The notes beneath the pieces are model-generated. The model made no database searches. It was not told the origin of the DNA and was given only the letters and a program-made list of their open reading frames with translations. Below, in pieces: positions 25,530-39,954 of a stretch of DNA of 64,000 nt; the first letter of the stretch is position 1; each line of letters starts with the position of its first letter. The stretch spans positions 51,150,001 to 51,214,000 of the forward strand of contig OX597830.1 of assembly GCA_951406725.2 (NCBI GenBank). Reading direction: 5' to 3'. Source of the DNA: Octopus vulgaris (lineage: Eukaryota). The position numbers were made by a program, and so were the translations under genes.

Positions 25530-26460
25530 AGTGGTACATAACGAAAATGGACATAACATGGATGAGATAAGGAAAAAAAACTATGCAAAATATTTAGACA
25601 ACAAAATCTAAATTAAATTAACACTTGCCTTAAAGAAGTTAACTTCCTATATATTAACATGAATCTCAATACAAGACAAATTTAAATCCTACAATAAACC
25701 AAATGAGGAGACCTTACACATTGCCTTAGGCTTCGACCACTCACCGTCAGTCATAAAGCAATTAGTAATTATCATAAACAGACGCATTTTGCAACCTAAC
25801 TTCTGAAAAAGCCACTGTCTAAAGGTTGCCCCGTTCTACAACACCGCTTAAGAAAAGTCCAACTTTACGAGCATCATAATTTATTTTGAACCAAATGTAA
25901 ATAGACCAAGAAAACACAGGCAGAGAAAACTTTTATGGCACAATCCCACATATAGTGTGTTCGTAGCCACTAACATAGCTACAAATATTCTTAAAACTAA
26001 TTGATTACCCCTTTACATACTCACAATAAGATCTTCCATTAAAATACGGTTAAAATTAGCTATAGCTGCTCCCCTCCCAATATAGAGCCGATTATATTCA
26101 ACCACAATAAAGAAACAATATTAAAAATACACCACGAAGACCATAACATTATAGATATCTATAATTTTATAAAGGGTTTCTATCTCTTAAACTACAGGTG
26201 CTTGGAGAAGGAACTAGCGTACGAGGCCGACATCGCCGATTCGAACGGACTAACAACAACGTATATCGGAAGACGAGTAATACCTTGAAAGAAAGATACA
26301 CGCAACATTTGGTTTCATTCAGAGACAATAACAACAAGAACAACAACAATAAAAAAAAGAAACATTTAGCATCCCCGTCCAGAACGGTATGGATATTAAA
26401 AGAGAGAGGTGTGTGCAACTCCAAGATAACCTGGAGCATTATTGCTAATTTCGACAAATA
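25530..26460 (+). pseudogene. Decayed Penelope-like RT C-terminus plus GIY-YIG endonuclease (Naiad-like)
   Basis: LKEVNFLYINMNL, YNKPN, HSPSVIKQL, RQRKLLWHNPTYS, NTVKISYSC, KTSNTLKERYTQHLVSFR, VWILKERG, ITWSII occur in the expected order. Confidence 0.8.
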
Positions 26461-26479
26461 ACAGGGCACCGGGCAGCAA

Positions 26480-26896
26480 TTGCGAGCTGAAAAATTAAAC
26501 ACTATTATATCAAAAGCGGACATCTTAACATTTGTAGACCTGCTGGAAATCGTGGTTAAAAGCTTGCTGGAGAAGGTTGCTGCTGGAGGGCCATATGTGT
26601 GACAGCAGGAACCAGCTCCTTTCCGTACACGCGGAAAAATGTTGGAAGTGATCGTCGGAGTATTTCTACTTTGCCAGTCCCATTTCTGGCCTACTGATTC
26701 TTCCGATTGATTGCAACCCCACGATTTATTATATGTGGGGGGCACGGTTGGGGAAAACACCAACGACCCTGTCTGCAACGCTAAGATCAAGGAGGTGTTC
26801 GAATATCTTTCAAGCAACACAGTGAGGAATGCATGTACCAGGTTCCGGAGCCACCTTGAAGCCATGGTGGAAGCTGAGGACGGTTACTTTGAGTAA
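26480..26896 (+). pseudogene. Tc1/mariner superfamily (DD37D/maT-like) transposase C-terminal remnant
   Basis: GPYV*QQEPAP, FWP.., NPHDLLYVGG..AKIKEVFE..TVRNACTRFRSHLEAMVEAEDGYFE*. Confidence 0.8.
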
Positions 26897-28054
26897 ACTG
26901 TTATCTCTCAGTCATATTAAAGGTGATATTTTTTTTCAATTTTTAAGGATGGTTTTAGGTTTGGACGGGATTTTGTGGTTCCACTTTCCTTTACACACTG
27001 TCCAATTTAGCCTCAATACTTTGGATATGTGCTTGTGTGCTTGTGTGTGGGTGGGTGCGTGTACACGTTGCGTGGGCCTGTGTATGTGTTTTGTGTGTGA
27101 GTATGTGAGTATGTGTGTGTATTTGTCTGAGTGTGTGCGTGCGTGTTTGTGTGTCTTTGTATGCACGCGTGTATATGCGTGCGTACGAGTCTACGCGTGT
27201 ATTTGTGTGCATGCATGTGTCCGTGTGCGTGTGTGCGTGCATGTGTGTGTTTGTGTTTGTGTGCGCGAGCGTCTGTGTGTATTTGTGTGTGTGAGTGTTT
27301 GTGTGCGTTTGTGTGTCTGCGTGTGTTTGTATGCGTGTGTGCGTGTGTGTGTTTTTGTGCGCGTGTGTAGGCGCGCGTATGTGTGTTCTATTTTACATTT
27401 TTTGAAGCCTTCTTGTAAGGAACTGGTTTTAAAAAAGGATACAAGGTTCCATTGTTGCAATGTATATAGCAAAAGCAATGACATATGTTGAGCTTCGGAA
27501 AAGGCTTGCTTATTTTTATTGTTCCGCTTACCGAATGGATTTGTTATGTGCGTCTACGTTGGCTGATTTCAGTTTCTGAAGACCCTAACTTTTCCATATT
27601 ATCATTCAGAAATTCACTGATTTTATAGTATGTGCGTATTGATGGATGGATGTATAGACACCTTACAAGGGGCGTTTACACAGTTACCTTCAAATAAATT
27701 CAACTCAGAAAAACATGGAACCCTCAAGAAATTAAATATGATAATCGTATTAGCTAAAATTGTCTGTAGAATCTTCTTGTAGGTTGCTGCCGTCAGTGGA
27801 TGCCAAACATGATAGATTTTGCACAGCAGTGTCATCAACTGTCTTCCATTCAAGGAATTAGTCACGTAGTTGATGTGTCATAAAACCGTTAACGAAAGTG
27901 CTTTCAATATTCTCACATGAAGCATGCATAAGCACTCGCATACGCATATAGAGAAATGGACGCACACACATACACCCACAAACATCCGCACACGCACATA
28001 AACACATCCACACACATAAGTACACACATATATATATGCATACATGTATATACA

Positions 28055-28375
<321 letters not shown>

Positions 28376-28399
28376 TCTATATATATATATCTTGCACGC

Positions 28400-28559
<160 letters not shown>

Positions 28560-28988
28560 CCACACCATTATAACTATTAATGTTGGAAAATATATATAGA
28601 GATACTAATACAACCTATTTCAGAATCGGTAGAGCATCGCATAATATATCTTGTACTAATTATTAACGGCTCTTAACGTACAGATTTCCAATATGCTGAG
28701 ATCATCTTTGCCTTTCATCCTTCTGAGGTCGATAAAATCAAATACCAGACTTAATCGATTCTGCTGGTTGATTGACATCGTATTTAAAAGACTAAACAAT
28801 CCGCCAAATTTCAGGATTTATGTACACGTGAGAATTCGACGGTTATTTTGAACATGTATGATGAAATTGTATGTTTTTCAGAAACATCTGATTCTTGAGG
28901 TGTAAAAATCTACATTGATTGTATTGAAGGAGCAATCAATCAGTCAATCAATCAATCACTCAATCAATCGATCAAACAATCAGTCTGG

Positions 28989-29051
<63 letters not shown>

Positions 29052-29336
29052 CCCACCAATCTACCTACCTATCTAACTATCTATCAACTTACCTACCCAC
29101 CAATCTACGTGCCTAACTGCTTGCTTACCTATCTACCTGCCTACCTACTTACTTACCAACCTATATACCTACCTACCTACCTACCTACCTACCTACCTAC
29201 CTACCTACCAACTACCTAACTACCTATCTACCTATCTACCTACCTACCTACCTACCTACCTGCATGCATGCATGCATTGCATACGTACGTACATACATAA
29301 ATACATACATACAAATACATATACATACATAAATGT

Positions 29337-29876
29337 AGTACCATCAGTGGCCCTCGTGGCTTCTGATCTTAACTGATTGGAAGTGTTATCATGTACATTG
29401 TTTTGTCTTGGTATAAAAGATAGGCTACAGCAAATATTCTGCTCAATACCACAGATTTGCTTGTCAGTTGTTTGACCTTAACCAGTGGAGCATGTCCCTT
29501 AGTGGCTGACAGTATGTGCATCTCTGATCACGAGCAGAAGTAGTAGGGGAGCATCATAGCTATGTGTTGAAAGGAAATCTTTGGATTAGGATAATTCATC
29601 TCTGGAAGCATGAGTGTTTTGTTCAACATCCTTAAACAACCCTTATTCAGGGACCTTTTGAGCGGGATGGGCTACTCAACCTGAAGAAAATTCTAACTGG
29701 GCCCCACCTGCAAGGTCATGTGCTGTTTATCTTGATATGAGATCACCATGTCGCGCACATATGGTTGTGATGCATGTGCCTGGTGTACTCTTATCAGACG
29801 GGTAGTCATGATGGGTATACTGGGCTTCGTATATTTTACTCCAGTGTTACTTTGATGGCATGCACAGCTCTCTCAT
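29337..29876 (+). mobile_element. Probable interspersed repeat (LINE 3' UTR-like)
   Basis: Sharp-edged, higher-GC non-coding block inside a (CATA)n tract. Recalled as an octopus repeat; no second copy in this window. Confidence 0.4.
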
Positions 29877-30424
29877 ACATACGTATCTATCAATCTTCAT
29901 ACCTACCGACCTACCTATGCATCTATTTATCTAATTATCAATCTGTTTAGGTATCTATCTGAAAAAATTGTTGAAAAAAAAAGGTCCATGGAACAATGAA
30001 AAGTTCATACAAAATGCAATGTTTTGCAGCCCTCTTTTGTCTTTTCTTCGGAACTATAAAAAGTAAACTCGAGCGCGAGCCGTGTGTTCTTAAAAAGAGA
30101 GTGCGAATGTACTCAGTCGACCACTGTACTTAACTTTCACTGATGGTTATCTTGTCAGTATGAAATGCATTGTTGTTAGATAACGTGCAGTATTATGTGT
30201 GAATTATTTGGATATGGCAGAACAGAACAAGGAGTGTTATGATAGGGGAATAGTCTAGACGGAAACCTTCTACACTGAGAGTTTCTTGTCTACCCTGAAT
30301 ATTCAAAGACAGATACGACTCTGCCCTGTCACATCCATATAGAGAAGTGACTGAGGGGATAATAGAGCTGCATAGACTTTATCACTCACACCAGGCTATA
30401 TGAAATAGTAATGGTGTGATTCAT

Positions 30425-30658
30425 AGGGCGGATAGCTGGCAGAAACGTTAGCAGGCCGAGCGAAATGCCTAGCGGTATTTCGTCTGCCGTTACGTTCTGA
30501 GTTCAAATTCCGCCGAGGTCGACTTTGCCTTTCATCCTTTCCGGGTTGATAAATAAAGTACCAGTTTCGCACTGGGGTTGATATAATCAATTTAATCCGT
30601 TTGTCTGTCCTTGTTTGTCCTCTCTGTGTTTAGCCCCTTGTGGGTAGTAAAGAAATAT
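30425..30658 (+). mobile_element. SINE family A, full length
   Basis: Matches the other copies; imperfect TSD GTGTGATTCAT / GTATGATTCAT. Confidence 0.92.
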
Positions 30659-31072
30659 GTATGATTCATCTCTCTCTCTCAGAAGTTCGCGTGCACATCT
30701 ATTTCTCTTCCCTTCCCTTGAACGAGTAATTTACTGTTGTTCTGACTTACAGGCACCAAAAAGTAAAACAGTTGTTCCCCAAATACAAAACTATACTGAA
30801 ATGATATTGTCTGCAAGTGAGAAGAGAGAGAATACGATATCCTCTTCGAGAACTGCACACTACGCTTACAAATGCAACTCAAGCGTGTTCCTGAAAAGAG
30901 AAACATATCAGAAGTGGTGTTACGACAGTGAGTTGGGTGGCGAAATGGGTTGGAGGATTAAATTGCATGTTCAGTTAAATTGTGAGGGAAGCAATGTATT
31001 GGCAATTGATAAGTTGATTTTCTTTTTGGACAGACTGTACGTAGGTATAGATAGAATATATACGTACATATA

Positions 31073-31603
31073 CAGGCTGGTGCAAAAGTAGACTTATAGT
31101 TGTATAGTTGTATATTTTATTTTTTGATTTAAAAACCTTGTACAATTTTAGTTCCGTAAATGCTCAAAATGTCTGCCCTGAACTTTGATACATTCTTGGA
31201 GTTTATCAGCTACACTGCGACACAGATGATGATACAGGTCCAGGCCAGTGTTGATTTCCAGGCAGGCCTCTATAATGGACCAACGTAGTTGAGGCAGAGG
31301 GCATAGTTTTCTCTGGAATCCCTTTCATTTCACTACACCCTGAACCCGTCTCTTCGAATTTGTCTCATATTTTGTAAATCGTTCGTCGTGAAGGCGGCAC
31401 AGTGGGAAAGGTTTCTCTCCACATCTGGTGCACTGTTTCTGCATTTTCAAATTTCCAATAATTCTTTAGGATCAATATTCTTTCCTCGTCTGTCAGCATG
31501 ACCTCCATTATGCTTCACTGTCCTGTAAAAATAAAGATATACAACTGTTAACCTACTTTGCAGTAAGAATATACAACTGTTCACCTACTTTTGCACCACC
31601 TTG
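31073..31603. mobile_element. Tc1/mariner-type MITE
   Basis: TA|CAGGCTGGTGCAAAAGTAG ... CTACTTTTGCACCACCTTG|TA terminal inverted repeats. Confidence 0.85.
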
Positions 31604-31764
31604 TATGTGCATATATGCTTGTGTGTATGTGTATGTATGTGTGTGTATGAATATATGAGATGTACAAAGATATGCGTTTACTTGCAGCACGTTTTTCATA
31701 CATATACACATGCATACATACATACACTCGCATCGGTATCATTCTTTCAACCAGTGCCTTATAT

Positions 31765-32092
31765 GTGGCATTCCGTCGGTTCCGACGACGAGTGTTCCAG
31801 TTGATCCGATCAACGGAACAACCTGCTCGTGAAACTAACATGCAAGTGGCTGAGCACTCCACAGACACGTGTATTCTTTAACGTAGTTCTCATGGAGATT
31901 CAGCATGACACAGAGTGTGACAAGGCTGGCCCTTTGAAATACAGGTACAACAGAAAGAGGAAGAAAAAGTGAGAGAAAGTTGTAGTGAAAGAGTACAGCA
32001 GGGTTATCCACCCCGCCCTGCCGGAGCCCTGTGGAGCTTTAGGTCTTTTTGCTCAATAAACACTCAGAACGCCCGGTCTGAGAATCGCGCCA
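31765..32092 (-). mobile_element. SINE family C body, head missing
   Basis: GTGGAGCTTTAGGT..AATAAACAC..CCCGGTCTGAGAATCG is shared with 28280-28335. Confidence 0.65.
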
Positions 32093-32245
32093 CAACGGTG
32101 CCTTATACATATATAAGTAGTGAAGTTTGTCAGTATATAAGATGGTGCGTTACTACTCTTATTTCTAGCAATGCTGGTGCTGAATGGTGACCTCGGTCGC
32201 TTTAGTGACACCCCCCACACACACACACACACACACACACAACAC

Positions 32246-32317
<72 letters not shown>

Positions 32318-32510
32318 TTAACAACAAACAAGATGAGGACAAATATCAGTCAAATGTAAATAATGTGACTAAAGAGAGAGAGAGAGAGAGAGTATATATA
32401 TATATATTTATATAGATATATATAAAAATATATACACACATATATACATACGTATGTGTGTGCGTCTGTATGTGTGTTTACTTACGTATATAGATAGATC
32501 GACAAATAGA

Positions 32511-32566
<56 letters not shown>

Positions 32567-33181
32567 AATGATAATGATGATAATGAAATTATACGTTGAA
32601 GATGATTATACAGTTGCGTCAAAGGAATTCTGATCTTCACATTCCCTTGCGGAACTTTCTTAGCAATAAAACCTGCTAAGTTCTCTCCATGTCTTTACAT
32701 CTTTACATCATACTTCAGTTATATTTCCTGGCCTAAGTATAGTTACACTTGCTGTTTATCAAAGACAGAAATTGTTACCTTTCGTTTTGTTAAAATATGA
32801 AGAGTTTATTGCAAGTGAGAGATAGCAAGCATCTTTATCAAATAAATATATATTACTATACATATATCTATATATTATAATACATCTTAGGATACACATA
32901 AGGACATGTAACAGTTTGTATGTTTAACGGTTGCAACGCATGGGAATTAATGATATCTCGCTAATAGATTGTGAAGAAATGTTATTCACAACGTACTTGT
33001 GAGGGTGAGTATATACACACATACAATTGTGAATGAAAAATACGCACAAAGTTTTCTTCTTTTTTTCTTCACCTATTTATTGATTGAACAACATAACAGA
33101 CTATTTTGAAAAATATGGATTATCCACATGATATTGTAATTCTCACCAGCTATATAAACACAGAGCTCATTGACCTTCAAC

Positions 33182-33250
33182 TAGTTTGATAAGTGCCAAC
33201 GCACGAAACTCTCAGCCCTTTTGGGTCACCCCGTTGCTTCTGCTAAATAA
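33182..33250 (+). ncRNA. Hammerhead-like motif, U3-A8 core
   Basis: GT-TTGATAA-GTGC(CAAC)GCAC-GAAA-CTC..GGG-TC-AC; homologous to 4087-4150. Confidence 0.6.
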
Positions 33251-33275
33251 TAATAAACACATATATATGCATATG

Positions 33276-33327
<52 letters not shown>

Positions 33328-33394
33328 CATATATATATATATATATATACATATATATACATATACATATACATACATACACGTATATATATAC

Positions 33395-33438
<44 letters not shown>

Positions 33439-33545
33439 GTGTGGTGTGTGCGTGTGTATATTTATACATTATATATATATATATATATATAAGTATACAT
33501 ATACACATATATATATATGCATTCATACATGTATGCGTATGTACG

Positions 33546-33586
<41 letters not shown>

Positions 33587-34009
33587 ATCCAAAGGAACTG
33601 TGATTTTGCTGCTGGCAAAGAACATCTTATCATGGCAAACTGTGCGGTTCTCTTCCTCCATAAACAGTTTTAAGTTCTTATAGAACCCCAACAAAACAGA
33701 CATGTTCTGAGATTAATGGAATAGCTTTCCACCTTTTTTTCTTTTCTTATATATATTTTTTTTTTTGCCATTTGTTTACTCAAAAATCTTCATCGTCACT
33801 TTTCAATTTTGTAGACATACGTTTTTTTACTCTGTTTCCGACTTAGTTATCGATCACCTCCCAATGTTTTCGCCTTGGGAAAAAGTTTGCCTTGATTTCT
33901 GTGACCACGTGCTCTTCAGGAAACCATTGATAAAAAATAATATTAAATGTAAATACAATAATAATAACAACAACAACAACAACAATAATAATACTAATGA
34001 TGATAATAA

Positions 34010-34989
34010 GAGTTGGTAAGTGGATGTGAGAGCTTTGCACCAAAAGAATACAAGCGTCGCCACGATAAAGTATGTGTGTCTATCTTCATTGGCTCTTATG
34101 CCGTAAACACCAATATGAAGTAATAGAGAACTGGCAGAAACGTTAGCAGGCCGGGCGAGATGCTTAGTAGTATTTCGTCTGCCGTTACGTTGTGAGTTCA
34201 AATTCCGCCGAGGTCGACTTTGCCTTTCATCCTATCGAGGTCGATAAATTAAGTACCAGTTATGCACTGGGGTCGATGTAATCGACTTAATACCTATGTC
34301 TGTCCTTGTTTGTCCCCTCTATGTTTAGCCCCTTGTGGGTAATAAAGAAATAGGTATGAGCATGTACCAAGTGAAGTTAAGCTGGAGGACGGAAAACTAA
34401 GGATACACTGGGACTATGATTTTCAGGAGGATCGTGTAATCGAACAATGTCGGCCGGATATTGTCATATGTTATAAGAGAGAGACAAATACTGTCAGATC
34501 ATTGATGTAGCCATACCAAATGACATGAACGTTGTGAGTAAAAAGGTTGAAAAAATCACCAAGTACTCTGAATTAAAGGTGGACATTGCAAGACTGTATG
34601 GAATGCGAAAGGATAATGTAAAAGTGATACCAGTGGTGATCGGAGCGTTGAAACTTCAAGACTTCTAAAGGCAACTGGAAATCCCATGCAAGGTGGATGT
34701 CTTGCAAAACGCAGCCCTTATTGGGCACAGCGCACATTTTAAGGAAAGTACAATCTGCCTGAGGTCCTTGTTGTGACTTGACGGATGACTAAAGACTCCA
34801 GTGCATTTTTGCCTACACTGTGCTACGAAGGAATAGGAAGAAGAAGAAGAAGAAGAAGAAGAAGAAGAAGAAGAAGAAGAAGAAGAAGAAGAAGAAGAAG
34901 AAGAAGAAGAAGAAGAAGAAGAAGAAGAAGAAGAAGAAGAAGAAGAAGAAGAAGAAGAAGAAGAAGAAGAAGAAGAAGAAGAAGAAGAA
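34010..34989 (+). mobile_element. 5'-truncated R4/Dong-type non-LTR retrotransposon (REL endonuclease) followed by (GAA)n, split by a SINE
   Basis: LVSGCESFAPKEYKRRHDKV, IHWDYDFQEDRVIEQCRPDIV, IIDVAIP, KKVEKITKYSEL, VIPVVIGAL. (GAA)n at 34838-34989. Confidence 0.85.
34126..34352 (+). mobile_element. SINE family A
   Basis: Near-consensus copy nested in the R4-type LINE. Confidence 0.92.
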
Positions 34990-35839
34990 CCGATAAAGGA
35001 TAAAAGGAGCGAAGTTTCAGCTAAAGATAATACTACTGAGGAAATAATTACAGACCAACCCAGGTCTGATAAAAATGCCGTAATAGTAGAAAGAGTCAAA
35101 TATATCTAATAAACCAAGTGAAATATTTCTGAACTGGCCATACATACCAAGGAAGATGAAAATCAAATAGATGAAGCAAATCACATGGAAATTGATCCAT
35201 CTGAACTACATGATCTAAAAAATCAAATTATGGCTGAAAATTTAAGAAACCATTATGAATGAACGTGACACACTCCCAAAAATTCGCAACTCTAACCAAA
35301 ACCTGAAAGTAATTGGCTAAATCCGCCTTGCACTTAAAGATATAATTTCAGCTAATAATTTCGATATTACAAATCTCAATCACCTGTACTATGCATCGTA
35401 CTGCAGAAGGTACGAGAAGATCTTTAAGCAAGATTGCAAATCATAGCCGGACGAACAAAAAGTGAGATTGTTATCGCGAAAATTAGCTCCATTAGAGCAT
35501 GAACGCTACTGTGATTTCATATTACCTCAAAATTCCAATGAAATTTGCTTTAAAGAAACAATAAAATTCGGTGATAAAACTTCTGAATGGAGTGTTGGAA
35601 TATAAGGAAAAAAGAGTATGATGATTTTATGACATACACAGAAACTCAAATAACTTCCACCTGACAACTAAATAAATTACAATGTTTATTCTTAAATTGC
35701 CTTCTGATGTTATTTCGCCTGCTTCTACATTGACCAACCACATTGCTTATCCATTGCTTTAGTAACTCCCTAAATCTTTTTCGAAATTGCTCGATGATTT
35801 ACAATATGGCTAAAAAACTTTTGATAAAAGTATAAACCA

Positions 35840-36670
35840 TCTCTCTTACATGGGTGTTTTAAAACTCTTTGCAAAAAGGACCAACTCTCTTTTCTTGGTA
35901 GGGATTACTAGCAATTGTTGAACAGTAAGTGATGACATCAAGATAGAATTTGGCCTCGACAAATGTGTAAAAACTAGCTTTATCAGAGGAAAAACGATAG
36001 ATACATCCAATGTTAATCTTAACTAACAGAATATCATAAAGGTGTTACAACCAGTGGAGAGCTACAAATACCTAGGAGTATTTGAAGGTGATGGAATCAA
36101 ACATTCAACGACGAGGGAAAAGATCAGAAAATAATATTATCGCAGGGTAAAAGCAATACTCAAGACAGAGCTGGATCCAAGAAACAGGATCGAAGTGATC
36201 AATACTTTAGCCATACCGATCGTGACTTACAATTTCAATATTATCAACTGGTCAATTACTGAAACTTGTAATCTTCACAGAAAAACAAAATTGTTGACGA
36301 TGCAGTGAATGCACCACCCTAAGGCAGATATAGAACGACTTTACCTGCCAAGAAAAGAGATTGGCTATGGACTATTTCAACTGAAAATAACAACGAAGAC
36401 TGCCACAATTCACGTAAATAACTACCTAAAAATCTCTGATGAATGGACGTTAAAATTTGTCTTAAAGCAAGAAAACATCATACTCAGTTACAAAGCAGGT
36501 AAAGAAATATCTAAGTGTATTTCAAATTCAACGAATCCCAGAATTAGACGTACTGAAAGCAAGCACAGAAAAAGCTAAGTGTACGAAAACCTGTGCTAAA
36601 ACAGCTGCCTTAGATATTCTTACTGATAAATGGCAAAAAAAAAGACCTCTCTCAATGGCAAATACCCAGA
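35840..36670 (+). pseudogene. R4/Dong-type LINE RT fragment
   Basis: DIKIEFGLDKC, SYKYLG, HHPKADIERLYLPRKEIGYGL, with stops. Confidence 0.85.
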
Positions 36671-37948
36671 GAGTTTGAGTTTGGAGAGAAGAAGCCCCTC
36701 TTTGAAGAAGTAAATTCAGATAAAATTTTATGCACTTTTACATAAAGACGAGTTTATGAAGAACTGTTAATCGAAAGGTTAGGTAAAAGTACTCATGGAA
36801 ATAGAGACAGAAAGAAAGTGACAGATTCCAAAACACAAAGAGATAGAAAAAAAAAAAGAATTTACTTGTTTTTTGCAGAAAATGTTCCAACTGTTTAAAA
36901 TGTTTTCAACATATAATATCATTATTATACAATATATAATATCCATTTTGCGCAGCCATAAAAAACTTTTTGATAGACCAAATACATGTCTGGGAAATCG
37001 ATATTTTAGTGCCATTTCTTTGTATATGGTTGAAACTAAAGTGAAGATAGTAATCTTCCAAGAGATATGCATTTGTGTAATTGCATCATAAAGATATGTA
37101 TCACTGTTTAATATGCTCCCAGAATAGGTGAAGAAAGTTCTTAACATATACCATTATTTTGGGCTTTCTAGAGAAGTGTTGATAAAGAATAACAGTTTTA
37201 TAACGGTTTATTCTGAGGATTGCATGCTACATGCCAATATATAAGGAATCGACGAAGTTTTTCATTGCTTGCGACAGTAATTGTAGCACAATCACCAACA
37301 TACAACTTGTACGATTTAAGGTGAAGTAGCATTAGTATGCAGTAATTATTCAATCGCTTTCAAAGACTGTCTCTTGGCAACCTTTGAAAGTGACTGAATA
37401 TATGTTATTGTGAAATATAGAACAAATAAAGGAGACAGTTATATCACCATGTACATCATCACTAATTGAAAATATGTCTGCGCATTTTCCATGAATTAGA
37501 ACACGCTCTCATATCATCATGAAAAGAGTTAGTAATATTTGTAAATATATCAGGACAACTAACTTTTCTAAAAACTACCTAATATACATCATGATTCCCT
37601 TACCGAAAGGCTCTAGTGAAGTGAATGAAGCAAAATGCCAAAGACAAAGGGCAAGTCTTTCTCCAATGCATTTCTGATGTAGTTGATCAACGGAGAAAAT
37701 ACTGTCTGAGACTCAGGAAGAAGAGATGCTTCGCCATATTAAATGAGTATTTAATGAATATTTCTATTCAATACTTTCCGTATGAGACTCAGGTGGCAAA
37801 TTGCTCGACATTTCCTACTTATATTTTTACTATCCTTCTCTTTCTAAAACACCTTCTGCAAAACATTTCTCCAATTTTAAGGAACTTTACTAATTTCTCA
37901 CAGACTACATATAGTACATTTAACAATCCCACTGGCTAATTGCGACAT

Positions 37949-38545
37949 CAGCGCTTGTTCTGACACTGTTTTGTTCTATATATCGCTGGCGGGAGATGAG
38001 TCACTGCTATCTTTAGCAATCGTGTGTCCATCCTTGACGAGGCCAAGAAAGGTCGAAATGACGTGACTTGGTTGTCTCGGCGCTGGATATTGGAGAATTT
38101 ACCACTCCGCTGGCGATATAAACAAGAGTACATTTTACACCAAAAGCTAATATGAGAAATTCTCTCATGGTATCTACCGCAGTATAGTTTGTTCTAACAG
38201 AACATCCACATTTAAGTGGGGATAAATACCACCGCATGGTGTTAATACTGCCTCCGTCGCTAATATACATACTTTAATAAGCTCATTGTATAATCGTAGT
38301 ACCAGCACCTGCTCTGATACTGCTTTTTCTATATATATCGCTGGCGGGGGATGAGTCGCAGCTATATCTAGCGGTCGAGCGTATCACGGGATCTGGTGGT
38401 CTCAGTGCTGGAGTTAGTGGGGGTTTATCTCCTCACTAGCGATATAAATAAGCGAGCATGTTGCACCAAAAGCCAGTATGAGAGTTTCCCTCATGGTATC
38501 TACCACGGTATAGTTTGTTCTTACAGAACATCCACGTTTAAGCAG
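37949..38545 (+). repeat. Diverged partial tandem repeat (~354-nt period) with an HHR-like motif in the first unit
   Basis: 37949-38217 resembles 38303-38543. TTGACGA-GGCC(AAGAAA)GGTC-GAAA at 38034-38058. Confidence 0.7.
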
Positions 38546-38622
38546 GCATGCATATAATTCTGGACAGAAAATCAAGGATCTTATTCCCCCTCCCTTCTTC
38601 TGATCACTTCTACTGGAATACC

Positions 38623-38854
38623 TATTTGTTTACTACCCACAAGGGGCTAAACTCAGAGGGGACAAACAAGAACAGACAAACGGATTAAGTCGATTATATC
38701 GACCCCAGTGCACAACTAGTACTTAATTTATCGACCCCGAAAGAATGAAAGGCAAAGTCGACCTCGGTGGAATTTGAACTCAGAACGTAGCGGCAGACGA
38801 AATACCGCTAAGCATTTCGCCCGGCGTGCTAACGTTTCTGCCAGCTCGCCACCT
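38623..38854 (-). mobile_element. SINE family A, full length
   Basis: Near-consensus; 19-bp imperfect TSD 38604-38622 / 38855-38873. Confidence 0.92.
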
Positions 38855-39052
38855 TCACATCTGCTGGAATACCATCAATCTTAGGTTTATGTTAAGTAAT
38901 TCTTGCTTCATAGAAAATAGGTGAGTCGGTAACACACCGTTTTATTGGAATTTTGTGAATGAGTTCGAAAACAGGGACCAATCGATGCTGGAGGAGGAAA
39001 TTAGGAAGTCAAAAGAATATTCTTGCCACCTTCAGCGATAGGAAGAATGCGT

Positions 39053-39084
<32 letters not shown>

Positions 39085-39571
39085 ATGCACGCACGCACGC
39101 ATTTAAATGGCTAAGTATAATCTATGTGTGTGCAAGTGTGTACGCACAAACGCACACTTATACACACACAGACACATAAGCGCATATAACAGGAAAAAGA
39201 CGAGAGGTTGAGATGGATAGAGATGGAGTTACTAATTGATAGAGTATCAGAGAAAGAGAGATCACGGAAGCAAACAAAGAGGGAGAGAGAGAAAGAGACA
39301 GACAGACAGACAGACAGACAGGAGAGAGAGAGAGAGAGAGAGGTGGAAAGAGAAAGAGGGGCTGAGTGGCAGATAGATTGAGACAGAGAAAGACGGAGTA
39401 AGAGAGAGAGAGTGAGCGAGAAAGAATGGGTTCTGTGTAAAGTTTTAGTCTCTCCCGCCCCCTTATTCTCCGTTGACACTTCTTCCTAAATCAATGAAGA
39501 TAGCTTTTAAATGAGACAGCATAAAAACCCTTACAGAAGTCAAAATCATGTCACACACCATTCAGTAGAAA

Positions 39572-39954
39572 TCTCTCTGTATATATAAAGCTGAAGTTGT
39601 CTGTGTATGGCAGGTTTGGTAGCCTTCAACTAACAGTATCTCCTCCGAGACCCTGCGGCGGAAGTTGACCAAAATTGAGAGTATGATAGAAGGCTTGCTC
39701 TTCCTTCGGTAGAAGAAAAAATTCAAATCGGACCAACAATTATTTACATCAAAAAGGTCCTTTTTTCCTATGAAAATCCCTATTTTTTTACGATTTTTTG
39801 ACTGCTGCGTCACCATTTTTCGATGTATTTCAACCAGAAAAATGTTCACTCAAAGAGAATAAACAAGCTACCTAATGCAAAATTTTTACTTTTCAAAAAT
39901 ATCCAATCCTAAAGAGTCGAAACAAGCCCGAGCAACGCCGGGCGATACTGCTAG
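39572..39954 (+). mobile_element. Non-autonomous Helitron
   Basis: A|TC..TATATATAAAG start, subterminal hairpin GCCCGAGC..GCCGGGC, CTAG|T end. Confidence 0.8.

Noticed and set aside
33885-33925. Minus-strand CTGAAGA-n13-GAAA
   Set aside because: Stems II and III do not pair.
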